A stretch of 64,000 bases of DNA, from the NCBI RefSeq assembly GCF_009834535.1, contig NC_045697.1, forward strand, positions 27,158,001-27,222,000, in the 5' to 3' direction. The notes below the pieces were generated by a model. That model made no database searches and was not told where the DNA came from. It was given only the letters and a program-made list of their open reading frames with translations. Positions 63,395 to 64,000 of this stretch are shown piece by piece (the stretch's first letter is position 1; each line of letters begins with the position of its first letter). The position numbers and the translations under genes were made by a program. This DNA comes from Camelus ferus (lineage: Eukaryota).

Positions 63395-63601
63395 CTTTTA
63401 ATTGTGTTATATGACCCTCTTTTTTACTTGAATGCTTTCTCTATTATGATGATTTTTTTTTAATCATTCCAGAGTAAAAATACTAGTGGTTTCAGAGATT
63501 GGAAGAACGTGCATATATTTAATATTAATGAAAAGTCTGTAACTTTACAGTACAAGATACGTTCATAGAGTCTTGATCTTTGCCCATCAGCAACTTTTGA
63601 T
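63395..63601 (-). pseudogene. Dynein-like pseudo-exon, linker (FPRFYFLSND-like)
   Basis: Acceptor cttctctcttag|. Translation ..ICTFFQSLKPLVFLLWND* resembles dynein linker FPRFxFLSND. 3' end approximate. Confidence 0.5.
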
Positions 63602-64000
63602 CTAAGAGAGAAGTGTTGAGGTGAGGAAGGAAGCAAGGCCAAGGCAAAAGACCAGATGACATCAGCTCTTAGGCTGAACTCAGGGTGATATAAAATATTG
63701 AGTCTTCAGCTTGCAGGCTCAAAAATGTGATTTTTGTCAATAAAGCAAGAGAAGAGCTATATCTCTCAGGGATTGATGCATAGGAACCACATTCATAAGA
63801 GAGTGATGTAGTATAAACAAGAATATCAGTTTGTCAATTTTCTGTTAGTGAATTTACAGTTAGAATTACATCTTAAGTATGCTTTACTGGCCCCATGAGC
63901 AGATCAGAGCCTCCGGCCAAAGCACGCACAGTGCGTACAAGTGGCTAACTGCCTGTTTAGCTTTCCAGATTTCTTTTTTTTAGGCTGACTAACCTGCTTC

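Larger units (their letters stand above)
17760..63601 (-). pseudogene. Decayed multi-exon dynein heavy chain-like (DNHD1/DNAH-like motor domain) unprocessed pseudogene; 5' part lies beyond the window
   Basis: About 25 segments, most with pyrimidine-tract/AG acceptors and GT donors, several phase-compatible. Translations carry dynein-like motifs in collinear order and contain many stops and frameshifts. By-eye comparison with recalled consensus only. Confidence 0.7.

Noticed and set aside
1..64000. Prokaryotic systems (CRISPR arrays, operons, defence islands)
   Set aside because: Sequence is mammalian (spliced exons, L1/SINE/LTR); no regularly spaced repeat arrays seen.

Overview
Repeat-rich mammalian genomic DNA, probably camelid, judging from the tRNA-derived SINE family. 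Three things can be supported. (1) The CpG-island promoter and coding exons 1-3 of PGM2 on the + strand (52892-62616; the gene runs out of the window). The start codon appears shifted 10 codons downstream relative to the human protein. (2) A near-intact processed pseudogene of ERAL1 on the - strand (about 29260-31141), with poly(A), AATAAA, TSD and a single 4-nt frameshift in the NKxD motif. (3) The main find, invisible in the ORF track: a chain of about 25 decayed, splice-site-bounded exon-like segments on the - strand from at least 63601 down to about 17760. Their translations show dynein heavy chain motor motifs in the canonical order: linker, AAA1, AAA2, AAA3, AAA4, AAA5 with buttress, AAA6, C-terminal domain. 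This looks like an old unprocessed pseudogene of a divergent dynein-heavy-chain/DNHD1-like gene. It overlaps PGM2 antisense, appears to lack room for the stalk/MTBD, and has the ERAL1 retrocopy inserted in one of its exons. All dynein assignments are by-eye comparisons with recalled consensus motifs and need HMM/tBLASTn confirmation. The rest is L1, LTR, DNA-transposon, SINE and microsatellite sequence.
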